The notes beneath the pieces are model-generated. The model had not been told where the DNA came from. It did no database searches and worked only from the letters and a program-made list of their open reading frames with translations. 64,000 nt of DNA. Source: Tubiluchus corallicola (Eukaryota > Animalia > Priapulida). Of the stretch, positions 24,815 to 38,330 are shown one piece after another (positions within the stretch are counted from its first letter, which is position 1; each line of letters opens with the position of its first letter). Location: NCBI GenBank assembly GCA_030141605.1, contig JAQGDQ010000629.1:1-64000 (forward strand), given 5' to 3'. Position numbers and translations under genes: made by a program.

Positions 24815-26712
24815 CTAGCAAACGCCCCACAAAAAATTTTGCGTATAAGTACACTTATAATCATAAATACGCGAACATCCTACGTAGTCCTCATTTATAA
24901 CGCAAAGCCAGCTGCAACAGCTTTTACTGAATTAAAGTCATAAGGTTATAGACAGAGTATAATGGATGACGTCTGTGACAGCCCTATACAATAGTGCTCT
25001 CATTTTATCGTACTAATTAAATTTCTACAATTAAGATTGCTAAGTTAAGCAGAGTAGCGCCAATGAGTTTAATTTTGTAGTGCTAAATGGAAAGTTTATT
25101 TTGTTTATCTGTGCAATTATTATCTCTCAGGCTAGTATATTAGTGCCATCTACTGTCAACTTTGTTTAGCAAAGAAAGAAACCAGGGACATGAACTTGAC
25201 AGGTGTACTTCCTTATTTGGCAAGTTTGACCACCAATCCTGAGTGATGATAAATAGGACATTCACAGCTGCTACTCTTTATAACCCGTTTGATTGGCCAG
25301 ACTTAGGTGACCTTTACATGATATGCAGCCATTCAGCTGAGAGCAAACAGGTTTTACCTGGGAAAACGAGGCCACAGAGCAAGGTGTGAAAAGTGTGGCT
25401 TTGCAATATGGTTGCTCTACTTGAGTTTTATCAGTTCTTAGTTTAAAGGACAATATTGCATTTATTAATGGAATTTCCTCAACAGAAACAGAGTACTTTT
25501 ACACTGGCTATACTCAGTCTTTGTGATCCTGGGCTGTCCGTTGTTTAGGAAGCCCCTAGAGACTTTGTCATTTATGGTGGAGGAGACCAGGTCGTGAAAT
25601 GGACTATTGGTAGTTCTCAGAGAACCAGCCTGTGGTCAGTCTTCCTGTCAGTGTCTTCAGATACGCTGGACTTGATACAGCGCATTCCTCAGTTGATGGA
25701 GTTAATGCCACGCCTGCTGTCACTTAATTGTCTAACCCTGAAGTTACCGTTTGGGAAGCCTGCCGTCAGAGTGTTCCAGTATACGCCGCCGTCGACAGCG
25801 ACAGTGACGAGGTTAAGCTAGCTAGCCAACGTGTGCACAGAGACTCACGATAAGTACAGTTTATGGTGTTTGTGATACATTCAAAATCCCGGGTAAAATT
25901 AAAGACAGTAGCTAAACTATAATTTGTAGTATATATTTGTTTATTATATCTCCAATGTGTTTTTCTTATGTTAAATAATATTGAGTTTATAGCTAATTGG
26001 TCGTTTGTCTATCTGTTCTGATAATGTTAGATTCTCACGTTAAGGAAGCTCGCCAGGGACCCACAGCCTTAGATCAAATAAAGCTTGCTGTTTCTTTAAG
26101 TATTTATGGTGTGTTAGCACCAGTGTTGTAGTGATAATCTTGCCATCCTGACATAAACACATTTACAGCATTTTAGGCCAAACGGATTATCACAACGTCA
26201 GAACAATGGCTTTGCGTCAGCAGTTTTCTAAGCGAAAATTGCCGAAAATAGAACATCTAATTAACTCGTCGGCACTCCTCTCGGTGGATAAGTACTAAAA
26301 TATAGCCTGCATCACCGTGTAGCCCTGTCCTTGCTCTTTCTAAAGAGCTGTATATCTCCTTCCGAGAGTCCCACCAGGTGCCGCCAGAACGTTTTTTCTG
26401 CAGGCTGTTTGGTCAAAATTTCGAAAAAATCGCGAGTTGTGTCCGGGAAAACGCCCGTTAAGGTGCGCCGTGGCCCTCTCGCGGATTCTAAATATGCCTA
26501 CTACACCTACCGCTAAACGGGCTATCTATCCATAGCCAGCACCGCCTCCGGCCCATTCCCGTTCTCCAGATCTCAACGGTATAGCTTTTACAAAAAACGT
26601 CCGAAAAATGGCCATTTTTGGAGGTTTTTCGCCCCCCCCCTTCTTTCCGGTGGGCCCCATTCGAAAAATAAACCCCCAATGGCGCGACACTAGATCGAGA
26701 CCTTTCGTTTGA
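24815..26712 (-). mobile_element. Non-autonomous Helitron (interrupted by solo LTR); other copies 37079-~37555 and 41452-~41630
   Basis: On the - strand all copies end in a CGCAAAA..TTTTGCG-type hairpin, then CTAG|T. The internal sequence is shared. The far boundary is approximate. Confidence 0.75.
24974..26194. mobile_element. Solo LTR (1221 bp)
   Basis: TGTGA...TCACA ends; 5-bp TSD ACGTC (24969-24973, 26195-26199); the empty site is visible in the Helitron copy near 37230; AATAAA at ~26077. Confidence 0.88.
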
Positions 26713-26718
26713 TGTAAC

Positions 26719-26910
26719 ATGGTACCCATTCTTTGCCACAGACTTGAGCTGAACATAGAATTTGTATTCAAACATGGTACCCATTGTTTACCACAGATTT
26801 GAACAGAGCATAGAATTTGTATTTGAGCATGGTACCCATTGTTTGCCACAGACTTGAACGGACCATAGAATTTGTATTTGAGCATGGTACCCATTGTTTG
26901 CCATAGACTT
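26719..26910. repeat. ~55-bp tandem repeat (about 3.5 units)
   Basis: catggtacccatt at 26719, 26773, 26828 and 26883. Confidence 0.9.
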
Positions 26911-27799
26911 TTGTCAATTTTCATGGAAAAATCACTTTGGTCTTAAACTTTTGCAAATGACTGTATCACGTGTTTTGACTTTTGCATTGAACTCCCACTT
27001 GCTATATACCTATCTTGCGACTCTACATACAGAAAAATTTCACAAGTTAGGTAGCAAAAAAGTGTGAAACTAAAATTTATGTTTAGACTTTGCTATGACG
27101 CTCAGGATCAGGCAAGAAGTCGCAAAAAGAGCTTACTTCCACGTGGACGAGACGGCAAAACATGAAGTGTCATAAAACGCATCAGTTTTCTACAATAAAC
27201 ATCATTGTTCGTCCATTGAATTACACGTAAACCTTAAGTAAAGTACATTTAAAAGTTTTGCTTTTTCAGAACCTTGTTCAAATCTGAGTAGTGTGCAGAT
27301 TTTCACCTTCATCCAAGATTCTTAATTATGTAGAATCATAAATAACTTCACAAGGTATTTGTGCAAAAACATGGAATTGTGAAAGTGCAGGATTAACGTA
27401 TTATACAGATGATTATGATGATGTTGATAAGTCTTTATTAGCTCTTTTTGCAGGCAAAAATATCTGTACTAACATTATACAATTTCACATAGACACTATA
27501 CAGAGTGAATTCTACAATATTACATTTACGGATTCTGTAATTAGCTTTTCTAATTTGTACGTATAACATTTCTTACAGTGATATTAAACAAGAAGTATTG
27601 AAGTGCGTGCTAAAATCAAGGTTATTAATGCAGCAAGTTTATGTGAAGTAACATAAAAATGCAGATAAATTGATACACCAAATTATTAAATTCCAATTTA
27701 ATGTTTAAATCCACAGCGTGGAATGGTTCGAAAACTCAAAAAAATGGATTACTTGCATATTTGCGTTAATTTGAAGCGTATTTCGTTACCATGTTCAAT

Positions 27800-28852
27800 C
27801 TATTTCTCCTCAATAACAATAGATTTCACTGTTGATTCTACAACAACAGACCTTACTGGGCCAACACTTGAACTACCCACACTGTTGCTACCATTTCTAC
27901 TAAGTGCTGAGCGGCAGAGCAGCTTCTTAAAACAAACTCGAAAGTCGTGATTTTGAAACACATAAATAAGCGGGTTTATCATACTGTTAAGCGTGATGCC
28001 CACAACTCGAATGTTATTCAGCACTTCGTATTCTTGGTACGTTGTACTGGCCATTATTAAGTGAATCATATGTGGACCCAACAGAGTCATTGACGTTCCA
28101 ATGATAACAGCACTCATGCGAGTTGCTCTTAGTTGTGCAATAAAAAATAAGCCACTGTTGCTTGTATTCCGAGTTCTTTGCTTGTGGTTTTTGACCCACA
28201 GAATGATCCTCCCATATGATGTAAGTGCATATGCCCAGGCAAGAACATAGTGTGCAGCAATAAGAAATATAAACCACCGAGGAACTATAAAATCCATCAA
28301 ACAATCAAATCTACCTCTCCAGGTTTTCAGGACCTGTATTTGGGCGGAAACACCCATTAAAATAGAATATAATAAACACAAAATAATGAGCTTCATGAAT
28401 TTTCTTAGATTCATTGTTAATTTATACTTCACAGGCTTTGTTATGGCGGAAATCCTGTCGTAAGTGACTAATGTCATGATCCACAAACTTAATATCATAT
28501 TAAAGGTGGCAAAAAAGATAAGACACGAGCACAAATATGCGCTCATATCAGGGATAAATGTGTATATTATCCACAGAGATTGTGCTCCCACTCCGCACAT
28601 TAGATCTGAGACAGCCAGACAAGCAAGGAATTTGTTTGCAAAAGTTTGCAGATTTTTAAACTTTGCCACAGCTATAATGACCAGCGCGTTGAGAAACACT
28701 GTCAGAACACCAACAGGAACCATCATTAATATTTCTACATAATCCAGCATCACCGTGGTCGAAATGTCCATCCTAGTAAGATTCATGTTCAGATTAATGT
28801 TCACTGAAGCACTGTCAAAACTGAACGTTGTCGATGAATTGTTCACGTGCAT
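27800..28852 (-). CDS. Intronless rhodopsin-class (class A) orphan GPCR
   Basis: 7 hydrophobic segments; LNALV (TM1), LAVSDL (TM2), DRI (TM3), NSMINPLIY (TM7), helix-8 FRVCFKKLLC; N-terminal NxS/T sites. Confidence 0.92.
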   Translation of the reverse strand: MHVNNSSTTFSFDSASVNINLNMNLTRMDISTTVMLDYVEILMMVPVGVLTVFLNALVIIAVAKFKNLQTFANKFLACLAVSDLMCGVGAQSLWIIYTFIPDMSAYLCSCLIFFATFNMILSLWIMTLVTYDRISAITKPVKYKLTMNLRKFMKLIILCLLYSILMGVSAQIQVLKTWRGRFDCLMDFIVPRWFIFLIAAHYVLAWAYALTSYGRIILWVKNHKQRTRNTSNSGLFFIAQLRATRMSAVIIGTSMTLLGPHMIHLIMASTTYQEYEVLNNIRVVGITLNSMINPLIYVFQNHDFRVCFKKLLCRSALSRNGSNSVGSSSVGPVRSVVVESTVKSIVIEEK

Positions 28853-28999
28853 TGTAGAAACCTATGTAGACCCAATCTGAAAGTTACTCCAAACACAATT
28901 TATTTTGTCCACATGTGGCAATGTGCAAGTTGTCTGTTGTTGATGAGTTACTCAAATGCATGCTATTATCAGCTGTTCTTTGTACTATTATTATTATTA

Positions 29000-29436
29000 T
29001 AGGTTTTACACGTCAAATGTAGACCCAGGAAAGTTCAAATGTGACTTAGGTAAGTCAAATGTAGACATAGGAATTTCGAATGTGTTTTGGTAACTCAAAT
29101 GTGACTTAGGTAAGTCAAATGTAGATGCATTACTTTGAATAAATAAGTAATTAAGTTATTTAAGTGCAAATTAGAAAAAGATAAACTACAGATAGTGCAT
29201 CTATTAGTAGGCCTATAACGTTGTTATTTTAACTTAGGAGCAATTATTAAATTGAAATTAAAGAAGATTAAATTTAACATCCTTAAACTTTACCACCTAT
29301 CCACATTTGAGATACCAATGTCACATTTGACTTGACATGTGTCTACATTTGACTTACCAAAACCGCTCAAGATTTGTTGAAAACCATTGTTAACACATTT
29401 GAACCACCTAAGTCTACATTTGACGTGTAAAACCTG
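29000..29436. mobile_element. TA-flanked MITE, short form of the element at 61918-63183
   Basis: TIRs TAGGTTTTACACGTCAAATGTAGAC / GTCTACATTTGACGTGTAAAACCTG; TA flanks. Confidence 0.88.
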
Positions 29437-31260
29437 TAATAGGAATAGAAAAGGAGAAGAATATCTAAGAGCATTTTCAAACAAAATGAAATTCGCCCAC
29501 AAGACAACGTTCAGATGGTAGAATCACATATTTTCTTTTTCCATAAATGAGAGTCTTTGTACTTACGTAGATAAAGTCGCGAAATTCATCTAGTCTGCTA
29601 TCGCTTCAAAGCAAGCGTCGAGAAAGACAACGTGGTAGCTTAACAAACCTTTGCAAATGCTGTTCTGGTGGGAAAAACACAATGGAAATGAAATTCAATA
29701 CAGTTTTACTAAAAGCAACATGCGTGTGAGCAAGGCGCAGTTGAAGCACTACTGCACATAGCAACAAAACACAATCATTAGTAATAAAAAATCAGCAGCA
29801 TAAACTTTGTTTGTCAAATCTGTACATTTTTATAATCTTATTGGGAAGCCCCAACTAGCTTTATTGATCTGTCTAAAACGGATCAAATGATTTGGTGGTT
29901 GTTTGTCACGCGCAAATCTTATTAAATTTATACCTGATTAGATCACGCCAAACGTGTAACATTGATCGATCTATTTTTTGAAAAGAATAAAAAGTAAAAG
30001 ATGCGGCTTCTGAGAAGAATAAAGAGAATTTGCATAAAAATTATAAATTTACGATATTATCGGCATTCAAAACTCAATGGTAAAGTCAAGAGTCTCTCAT
30101 TTTTAAAAGGAAAACCTTTGTACTCTGCTCTTTTGTGAAGTGCAATAAACATTTTAACACATGTAATTTTTCGCATTCAGACGGCTGAAAATTAAAGTGT
30201 AGGGAGCATAGGAAATCGTCATAATAAACAACAATTTTTCGAAGTTTACATACATAACAAACCATTTTATGTTTTAATGAACTTAAGCTATACACAGTTT
30301 TGTTTAGTCTAGGCGTTGTTTTTGTCAAACGTGAGGACCATACTAGTAAACATTTAATCATGAAAATTGCAATTTATGATAAGCCAATCACAAAGAACCA
30401 TTCAGTTAAGTAAACTCTCCCACAAGATTCAAATTGATGAGACGAAACAAAGTCTCTTAGCTTATAGGAAAACCGAATGATTATGTAAACATTAGTTCAG
30501 AATAAAGAATGCTCTAAAATATTGAAAACTATAATAGTTTATTTTAAAGCAAAGCTTGGATTAAATAATAATTACATCGGTACTCAAATTTCGTTAAACT
30601 TTCAAAGCTACGCGCGGCTCAGTGAATCTACTAAGATTGGCAATGGTGTCTTTTTGTCACGTTCGCGTGGCCGACAAATAGAAGGTGGTACCGTGTTAAG
30701 CATGATCATGACTGCAGTGTTAGTTTCTGACGTCATATCACGTAAAGCACATTTTTTGTCACATCATGCTTTTAAACAGTACTGTACCACTTATGCAAAT
30801 GTGCTTGACGCGCAAGGGAAGATGCCAGCCATTGCACAAACTGTGGTTTGTTTCTGACGTAAGCAATAGCTGTGTTCCGTTACCGTTAATTAACTTTCTA
30901 AGCTAATTATTTAACCATAAGGAAAAACTGTTAATTTTTATAGACAAGAAAATGTATATTTTGGACAGTAAATTAAAATGAGATTGAGTCTAAGCAATCG
31001 TGCGGTCTTCCTTTAACGTATTATCAATGATAGTTGTGTCGATTTCATTTTACTTGAGTATCAACGTAAGTGGCTTCATGTGTCCCACGTGTCAATTGAA
31101 ATCGTGGAAGCCTCTTCAGAAGGCGCATAAGCAGCAACACTTACTAGTTGCCTGGAGAGATGAAAAATCAGATGAAAAAGGGGATCTTACGTTCCAAACT
31201 AAGACTGATCTATTGAATGCTCAAAAATATGAAATTACAAAGACTGTGTTTATATTACAG

Positions 31261-32224
31261 CCGGAAATCAAAGACATCTTGCAGCCGATTTCATTCGAGT
31301 TGACGTATGACCTAGTACATAAACCGGATAGACGAAGGTCAACACGTCAGACGTCTAACCACCTTTCGCCCGTGTTGAGTGTTGAAGTCGAAACGGTCAT
31401 TCAAATGCAAGTAAGAGTAAAAATAATTCGTTGTGTTGGTTGTGTGAAACTGATTATTGGTGTTTTAGGGATGGCAAAACAATGAAGAGTCTGATTATTA
31501 AACTACACGTTTATTGAACATCAAACACAATAAATATAACAGATAATAATGCCAAGCCCCCTGATCTAGTCTGCTCTCCTTCAGCTCCCAGACTCAATCC
31601 CCTGAACTGGGCGTATCACAAGGCTTACATATCGTGCGCCGAGCTTCGACGCCTCGATTCTGAATCACTTACTCACGTGACACCGCTCCTTAACTGGCTT
31701 CATACCAGCATTCATCAACATAATTATCTATTATAATCTAATGCTTTTAGCATAGTTTAACAGATCCTCTTTACTTAAGTTAACAACTAGAAAAAGAAAT
31801 TCGTGCAATGTCAGAGCCCAAAACCTTTTTAATTCAACCCGACAGGGTGCACAGTTGTAAAATAGGATTCGAATAAAAAAACGAAAATTGCTGTAAGCTG
31901 GATTATACTGTGGGAAATAAATGAAAATTGAATGAAAATGAAAACCAATGATAAAATGTTGGGCTAAAATATGAATAGAAATAAACGTAAAATCATGTTA
32001 AAAATCACACAATAGATAACCTGGTTACATTCGTAATTACCAAGATTTTACAGAACACAAAAATATCTGTATGTTTTGAATTGGAAAGTCAGACTATTCT
32101 CACGGATACTAGATGAATTTTTTGTCATATTAATTTCTGTTTTAGTTGGCGTTCGGCTTACAATGCGGTACCGATGAACTCTGCAATGCTGATCTATCTG
32201 TAGAGGCGTCACACACTTTGCAAG
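31261..32224 (+). CDS. Two integrin-alpha-like exons (31261-31410, 32146-32224), thigh/genu region; gene fragment
   Basis: PEIKDILQPISFELTYDL...LSPVL + LAFGLQCGTDELCNADLSV contains the integrin-alpha genu motif CGxDxxCxxDL. Canonical splice sites, phase 0 between the exons. Confidence 0.72.
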
Positions 32225-32386
32225 GTTAAAGAAGCGTTCACATGTCGCCACAACAACGGCAATGGCATATTCAAAACCTATTGATTTTATGAATTATCTC
32301 TTGCACCAAAACAATTCCATTTGTCTTATCTGGATGTCAAGTCATAATAATTTCTGATTGACGTTGTACTGGCGTATTGGTATAAA

Positions 32387-32748
32387 CAGGGGCTATTTCA
32401 GGGCTACTTCCCCGGGGCCTCACCCTCCAGGGGGGCCTCGCGCCAATGTAACATTTTTTTTACTTTATGTGAACATACTGCCTCCTCTCTCCCTCTCCTC
32501 TCTCTCTCTCTCTCTCTCGCTCTCTCTCTCTCTTGCCGCACGCGCGCCGTCTGCCGGTATTGACAAATATTAAGGACTGGTCTTGAGAATAAAGCAGTTT
32601 TTCTTTCAATTGTTCTTTCCTTTAACAAATTTCTCGGTCTTCTAGCAGTTCATAAATTTTCTGGGCGCCAACCATGGTGCGCCCCCCCCCCGAGCTGGCC
32701 TCACGCGCCCCACTTCCCCGGGCCTCACTTAGGCTGAAATAGGCCCTG
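32387..32748. mobile_element. hAT-like MITE, no TSD retained
   Basis: TIRs CAGGGGCTATTTCAG / CTGAAATAGGCCCTG; GC-rich subterminal ccccggggcctca. Confidence 0.65.
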
Positions 32749-34203
32749 CTTCCATCATCTTAAGATTATAGAGATTAAGAACAACGCCAGGCTGAAATTT
32801 ATACATCCCAAAGCATTTAGCAGACTTTCTGCTCTTTCATATTAAGAAAAATCCAAATTTGAGTGCAATAGATTTTGGCTTGACTGCCTCACCAAAATTG
32901 AGATCACTTATTATAGCAGAATGTACAAGTCTAGAAAGACTCACACCAATCTTTAGTTCAAACATAAAGCCTGGTCGGCCATATATTAGATTATATAGTA
33001 AGTATTGATTAAAGGCAAGTTCGGAGTAGCATTGGCAATCTTGAAATGTTTTACAAATTTGACTGTTTAAGCCAAGGTAGGCTGAAACAGGTGTGGCAAA
33101 AACTAAACAGAATTCTATTACCCACGGGACATTTTGCGATTTTATCTCACATATATTTGTGCTCCAAGAATAGTTTTTTCTTGTCTTCTATAAACTAATA
33201 TTCAGGTAATCTCACAAACAGTGCGCTTGTTAAGACAAACAGTTCTCATGACAACCAACATCTGGCAAATTATGTTTTAATATTTTTATGTGGTATTTAA
33301 GGTCTGACGACAGCAAATTCTAATACAGTGACTAATAACGATGCGGTTGCTAAGGATGCTAAGGTTGCTAAGGCTACTATTTATGAGATGGTGGGAATGA
33401 AACTTAGGCGTCCCATTTACAGATTATTGGATCGGTGGCATTTACCGAGTGGCTAATGTTCAAAGTGAAGGGAAGAAAAATTTATGTAAAAAATTTTTGA
33501 TTGCAATTGCTTCAGGTGGGATACTTTCCGTAATCAATTGGCAATGCCATGAAGCTCAAAATTTAGAGAAAAAGTTTTCTTAGAGGCCATCTATCCCTGA
33601 GATAACATTTTTCGTTTATTAAATAACTATTATTTAACATGAACTTGCCGCACGGATCATACAGTTACAGCTGCAGTAGCAGCAATGCCATTGTCTCTAT
33701 AGCATTTGTATCAGTTAATTAAGACTGAAGAGGCTGCATAACACCTGTGACAGGTAAAGCAGTACTGTCGGTTTCAAAAGGTTTAATTGGGCAAAGGTAT
33801 GTTTATTTCGAAGCACTTCACTTCATTAAGTGTAGTGAGAAATGTCTCTACATCATCAGATCAGAAGTGATTAAACAAAAACATTTACAGATATCGCAAT
33901 TTATGCACGACAACAGCTCGTTGATAAAAAAGAAATTTACAAATGCCACTTTTCTAGAGAAACTTAAATAAACTTTATACGTTCATCGTTTCAAAGCAGT
34001 GCTCACAATGTTACAATGTAACAATTCCTTAATGCAAAATTCTCAACAATAAATTAAAACGACTCCATGACAGCCTTCCTATTATTTATTGCATCCTTGT
34101 CTATAAACTGGAATAAGTTATTTCGCCAATACAATTTTCTTTACATGTGCATTTTTTTGGAATTTATTTATATCTAGCTACATTTAGTTGCATCTTTTTC
34201 CAG

Positions 34204-35851
34204 ATATAGGTAGACATGTGCAAAAGCGTGAGCTAAAAACAGATGGAGGTGAGTAAGCCTACGTACTTTCCACAGTAAGAAATAAACTACACCTATTGAA
34301 CAAAGATTAACCCTTTCAGTCCTAAATTATACTTTTTAATAAGAAATTTTTTTTGATTTAGTACTTTTGTTCAGTATGTCCATCTTGTTTACACATAATA
34401 ATTATTTTTTCTACTTGTGCCCGCGTTCTAAATATAGCCTGTATCCCACGGGATACATTGCGATTCAATGGAAGAATAAAATGTGCTTCATTTTGCAACT
34501 GCTGATAATTTTTTAAAGTATTTAAGACATTTAGTATGCACGCTATGCTGATCTGTACAAAGTCGTGTCTAAAATACTGTACCTTGCGCAGTTTTTTATG
34601 CTATGTAGATTTTCTAGTTTGCCATTTTATCGCCATTTTTAGTGTATTGTTATTGGCTTAAATCAAAATAACTATTAACAGACCAAATAACTGTCAGTTT
34701 TAAAATTTTGTTAATTTTAAAGGCAAAAAATATTCTCGTATCCCACGGGATGCAACGGGTATGAAAGGGTTAAGAACGCAAGAAAAAATCCATTGTGATA
34801 TGTTGGCATGTTAAAATCGTGCCACACTGCGCTAATGCTAATCTACTTTTCTTAAAGAAGTTTTTTCTAAAGTTAAACTATAATCTAAGCTGTAAGGTGT
34901 AAATAACGTGTAGCACACGTTACTTACAAATCTAAAATTGCTAACTACATTACGGTACAGTTTAAATATCATTGATGCATATAAATTTGTACAGTTATTT
35001 AACATTTGTTCTTTAACATATACTTTATCATTGATGTCATTTAATTTTCGAACACAAATGTAGATAGTGGTTCAATTAAAGAAATTGGTAGACTAGTAGT
35101 AAAAGTAAAAATAAATGTAAAGTAAAGTAAAAAATAAATAAATAGCAGTGTAGTATTGCAAAATTATCATCTTATTTCGTTTCAGTAACCATTCGGCTAA
35201 CTTATGGTTGAAGTAGCGAATGGACCGAGAAATGAGTAAGCAAGTAAGTGATGAGCAAAAAGCAGGAAAGCAGGAAATAAACCAAATATATAAAACAACA
35301 AATTAATAAATGAAACAAAATTATGATGATCTGGATGTATCTACAGGAACTTAGAAATATAGTTAATATATGTTTCTATATTTAGGTTCACAGTGGACTC
35401 AATTACTAGGTGTAAATTTAAAAGACATTGACATAGGGGATGGAGGTCTCTGGGGTTGCGATCCCAATAACCATGTCTGGTTTCGAAAAGGCACACAAGG
35501 TGGCGTTAAATCTGTTGGAGCTGCATGGCAACGTGTTGACGACAGAAGAAGATTTCGCCAAATCAGAGTTGGCCATCAGATCGGGCAATCGACGTGAGCA
35601 GTCAAAACAAATTATATTTTAGAAGAGGTACTCATTCCCTTCATAATGTCATAGCAAAACTGCTACTGATTTTGTTTACCATACTGGACCTCATAATATG
35701 ATTTTTTGCTTTTATAGGCATCAGTAGAAATGAGCCGATTGGTACAGAATGGAAACAAACAAATGCAGGTGTAACGCAGCTCAGTGTGGATTCCAATACT
35801 AATGAATTTTGGGCAGTAAATAGTTTAAATGAGATTTGGAGATGTCAATAA
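34204..35851 (+). pseudogene. Tectonin (TECPR/tachylectin-1/fish-egg-lectin-like) beta-propeller lectin exons 34204-34248, 35386-35627, 35718-35851; one 1-nt deletion
   Basis: Repeats W..L.G.NLKDIDIG..GLWGCD.NNHVWFRKG / WQRVD..FRQIRVG / GTEWKQ..GVTQLSV..FWAVNSLNEIWR. ATC-GG-GCA at ~35582 lacks the T of a conserved Trp codon. Confidence 0.78.
34311..34769 (-). mobile_element. piggyBac-type MITE (copy 2)
   Basis: Reverse complement of 15268-15728; TTAA on both sides. Confidence 0.93.
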
Positions 35852-36939
35852 ATTACTCATGAATTTTACTCACTGTTCAATTAACATGAAGAGACAATTG
35901 TTTAATGCTTACTGCACTACTTTTTATTGTATGTCCACTTGGAGACATTTTTGTTCTTACAATCATAGCATATAATGTATCAATACGGAAGCTGTTTAAC
36001 TTTTCATATGATACGAGCGCCTAGATATATTTCTACTAGACTTAATATTTGTTACTATTACTTATATTTGTAACCTATTACTTATTTTGATGTGATTCAC
36101 AGAAAATGTGCATACAGTTTATACGTCAGACTGAATAAGAGTGAAAATTTTATAAGCAAGAATATTTTAAACAGTGATGCAAACTTTACTTCTGTAATTA
36201 GATATCATTGGCGTAGTTTGTTATATCGTTAATTGTTATTTGTGTTATTGTTGTATTTCATGATTTCTTGTATTATTTGTATTAATTTGCGACGTGTGTA
36301 TGAACTTTGCGAAGTTTGAAATAAAATATTAAATCTAAAAATCTAAATCTAATCCTGCAAACACAAGTTAGTAAATATTTAAACTTTTTGTTTCTCAAGG
36401 ACATGTGGTGATTTTTGTCTGCAACTCTATGAAGTTGTTTTAAAGTTTTGATAATGTCAGCGTGTAATATAAAAAAATGGTTTGCGTAGAAAACGTGAAA
36501 GTCATAAGATGTTAGTTATTATTTCAGTTTTGTGTTTTGTTTATTTTAATCCATTTGCCATAATAAAATAATACATAAATATAATGAAAAGACAAAATAC
36601 CAAAATAAAAGAAACAAGCATGTGAATAATAAAATTAATTAATGGATCATTGGGGCTGTTCAAAAAGAAAACTTGTAAAGGTCATGCTCAATATGGCAAA
36701 TAGAAAGAAAAGCATAGGTGCAAGAATAAAAGGAATAAAAGCTTAATGGGAAGAAAAGGAGTATGAGAAGTGAAAGGATAGGAAAAATGTAATATGAAAA
36801 TGAAAGAAGAAAAAATGAAAATGTAAAAAGGAGTCAGATTATGTCCACCCACCTACAAAGTTTCTTTTACTTCTTCTTGTTATGGAGTATAGTCCATTTT
36901 TGTTCTTCTTCGAGTGTGATATGAAACATTACAGATTAT

Positions 36940-38330
36940 AAATGTTTCATAATCCATAACAAATAGCTTGGGGCTTTTTTTGTATTTGTAAATACTACGT
37001 TCTGATTTTATATGATTAGGTTGATAGTTCCAAATTAATAGCCCAGTAATGGAAATGAAATGCTTACTAATTTATTAACTAGCAAAGGCCCCGCAAAAAA
37101 TTTTGCGTAAAAAAAACACGTGTAATCAAAAATACGCGAACATCCTACACAGTCCTCACTTATAACGCAAAGCCAGCAGCAGCTTTTACTGAATTAAAGC
37201 TATAAGTTTATAAGCAGTGTATAATGGATGACGTCACAACAATGGTTTTGCGTCAGCAGTTTTCCAAGCGAAAATTGCCAAAAATAGAACATCTAATTAA
37301 CTCGTCAGTACTCCTCTTGGTGGACGTGTCCTAAAATATAGTTCATATCATCGTGTAGCCCTGGTTCTTCCTCTTTATAAAGAGATATATATCTCCGTCC
37401 GAGAGTCCCAAAAAATCGCCGCTAGAGCGTTTTTTCTGCATGCTGTTTGGTCAAAATTTCGAAAAATCGCGAGTTGGGTCTGGTAAAACGCCCGTTGCGG
37501 GACGCCGTTGCCCTCTCGCAAATTTTAAATATGCCTAAGACACCCAATGGGCTATTTCTAGCTTATATGCAGATGATGGTGCAGGGCTAACTCACAAACT
37601 AATTCGAATTAAGTCAGTTAATGTGCTGCAACGTCATTTCATCTTATTCACAAATGTTTGGTTAATCCTCCCTTAAAGCAGTAAACAGGTAGTAAACACA
37701 GATTTGATAGATTTTTGTACAAAAAACCAGTAGCACACGTAATTTATGTAGAACTTCTTAATTATTATTATAAAAGATTATGGGTAGACAAAGAAGTGAT
37801 ATCTTTCATCGAATAGTATCTATCAATTTTATCGTTTAGGTTTATTATGCTGATCAGTAATTTTATAACAGTGTTACTTTCATTTTTTTCTGTTTCTACC
37901 GGCGATACATTATTAAGTTTTTCCTCTTTTTGCGATATTTATTCTGTGCAGGAAAATTGTTCTATTCGCTGTTTCTGTTTACAACTTATAAATTTTCATT
38001 TCTATGGCATTTCTGATTTTTAATGTTAGCCCAAATATTTAATTTTAACATGATTTAGCATTGTAACATTTAACTTGAATCAATGACTGCAGAAATTAAT
38101 ATTAGGTAGATAAAAATTATTCACACCTTTATAAATATGGTGGTATGTTTTTTTCCGCAAACTTGTCTTTACATTACAGATATTGTTTCAGTTGAGTCTG
38201 TGATCACGTATTTTTGCATAATAATATTCTTGATTATGGTCTCTTCGTCTATTTTCTTAATTAAGAATGTCCTGTTGGACCTATAACACTAAATAATATG
38301 CTTAATAAAACATTAAATACACCTATTACA
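36940..38330 (-). mobile_element. Highly decayed LINE 3' region interrupted by a Helitron
   Basis: HFISITGLLIWNYQPNHIKSERSIYKYKK-like frame next to the Helitron; degenerate RT C-terminal-like patches beyond it. Confidence 0.4.
37079..37555 (-). mobile_element. Non-autonomous Helitron copy 2
   Basis: Aligns to 24815-24973 + 26200-26510; 3' hairpin plus CTAG|T. Confidence 0.75.

Noticed and set aside
33302-33390. Possible extra exon GLTTANSNTVTNNDAVAKDAKVAKATIYEM between the integrin and tectonin exons
   Set aside because: Its donor would be phase 0, giving an immediate stop in the 34204 exon; the acceptor is weak.
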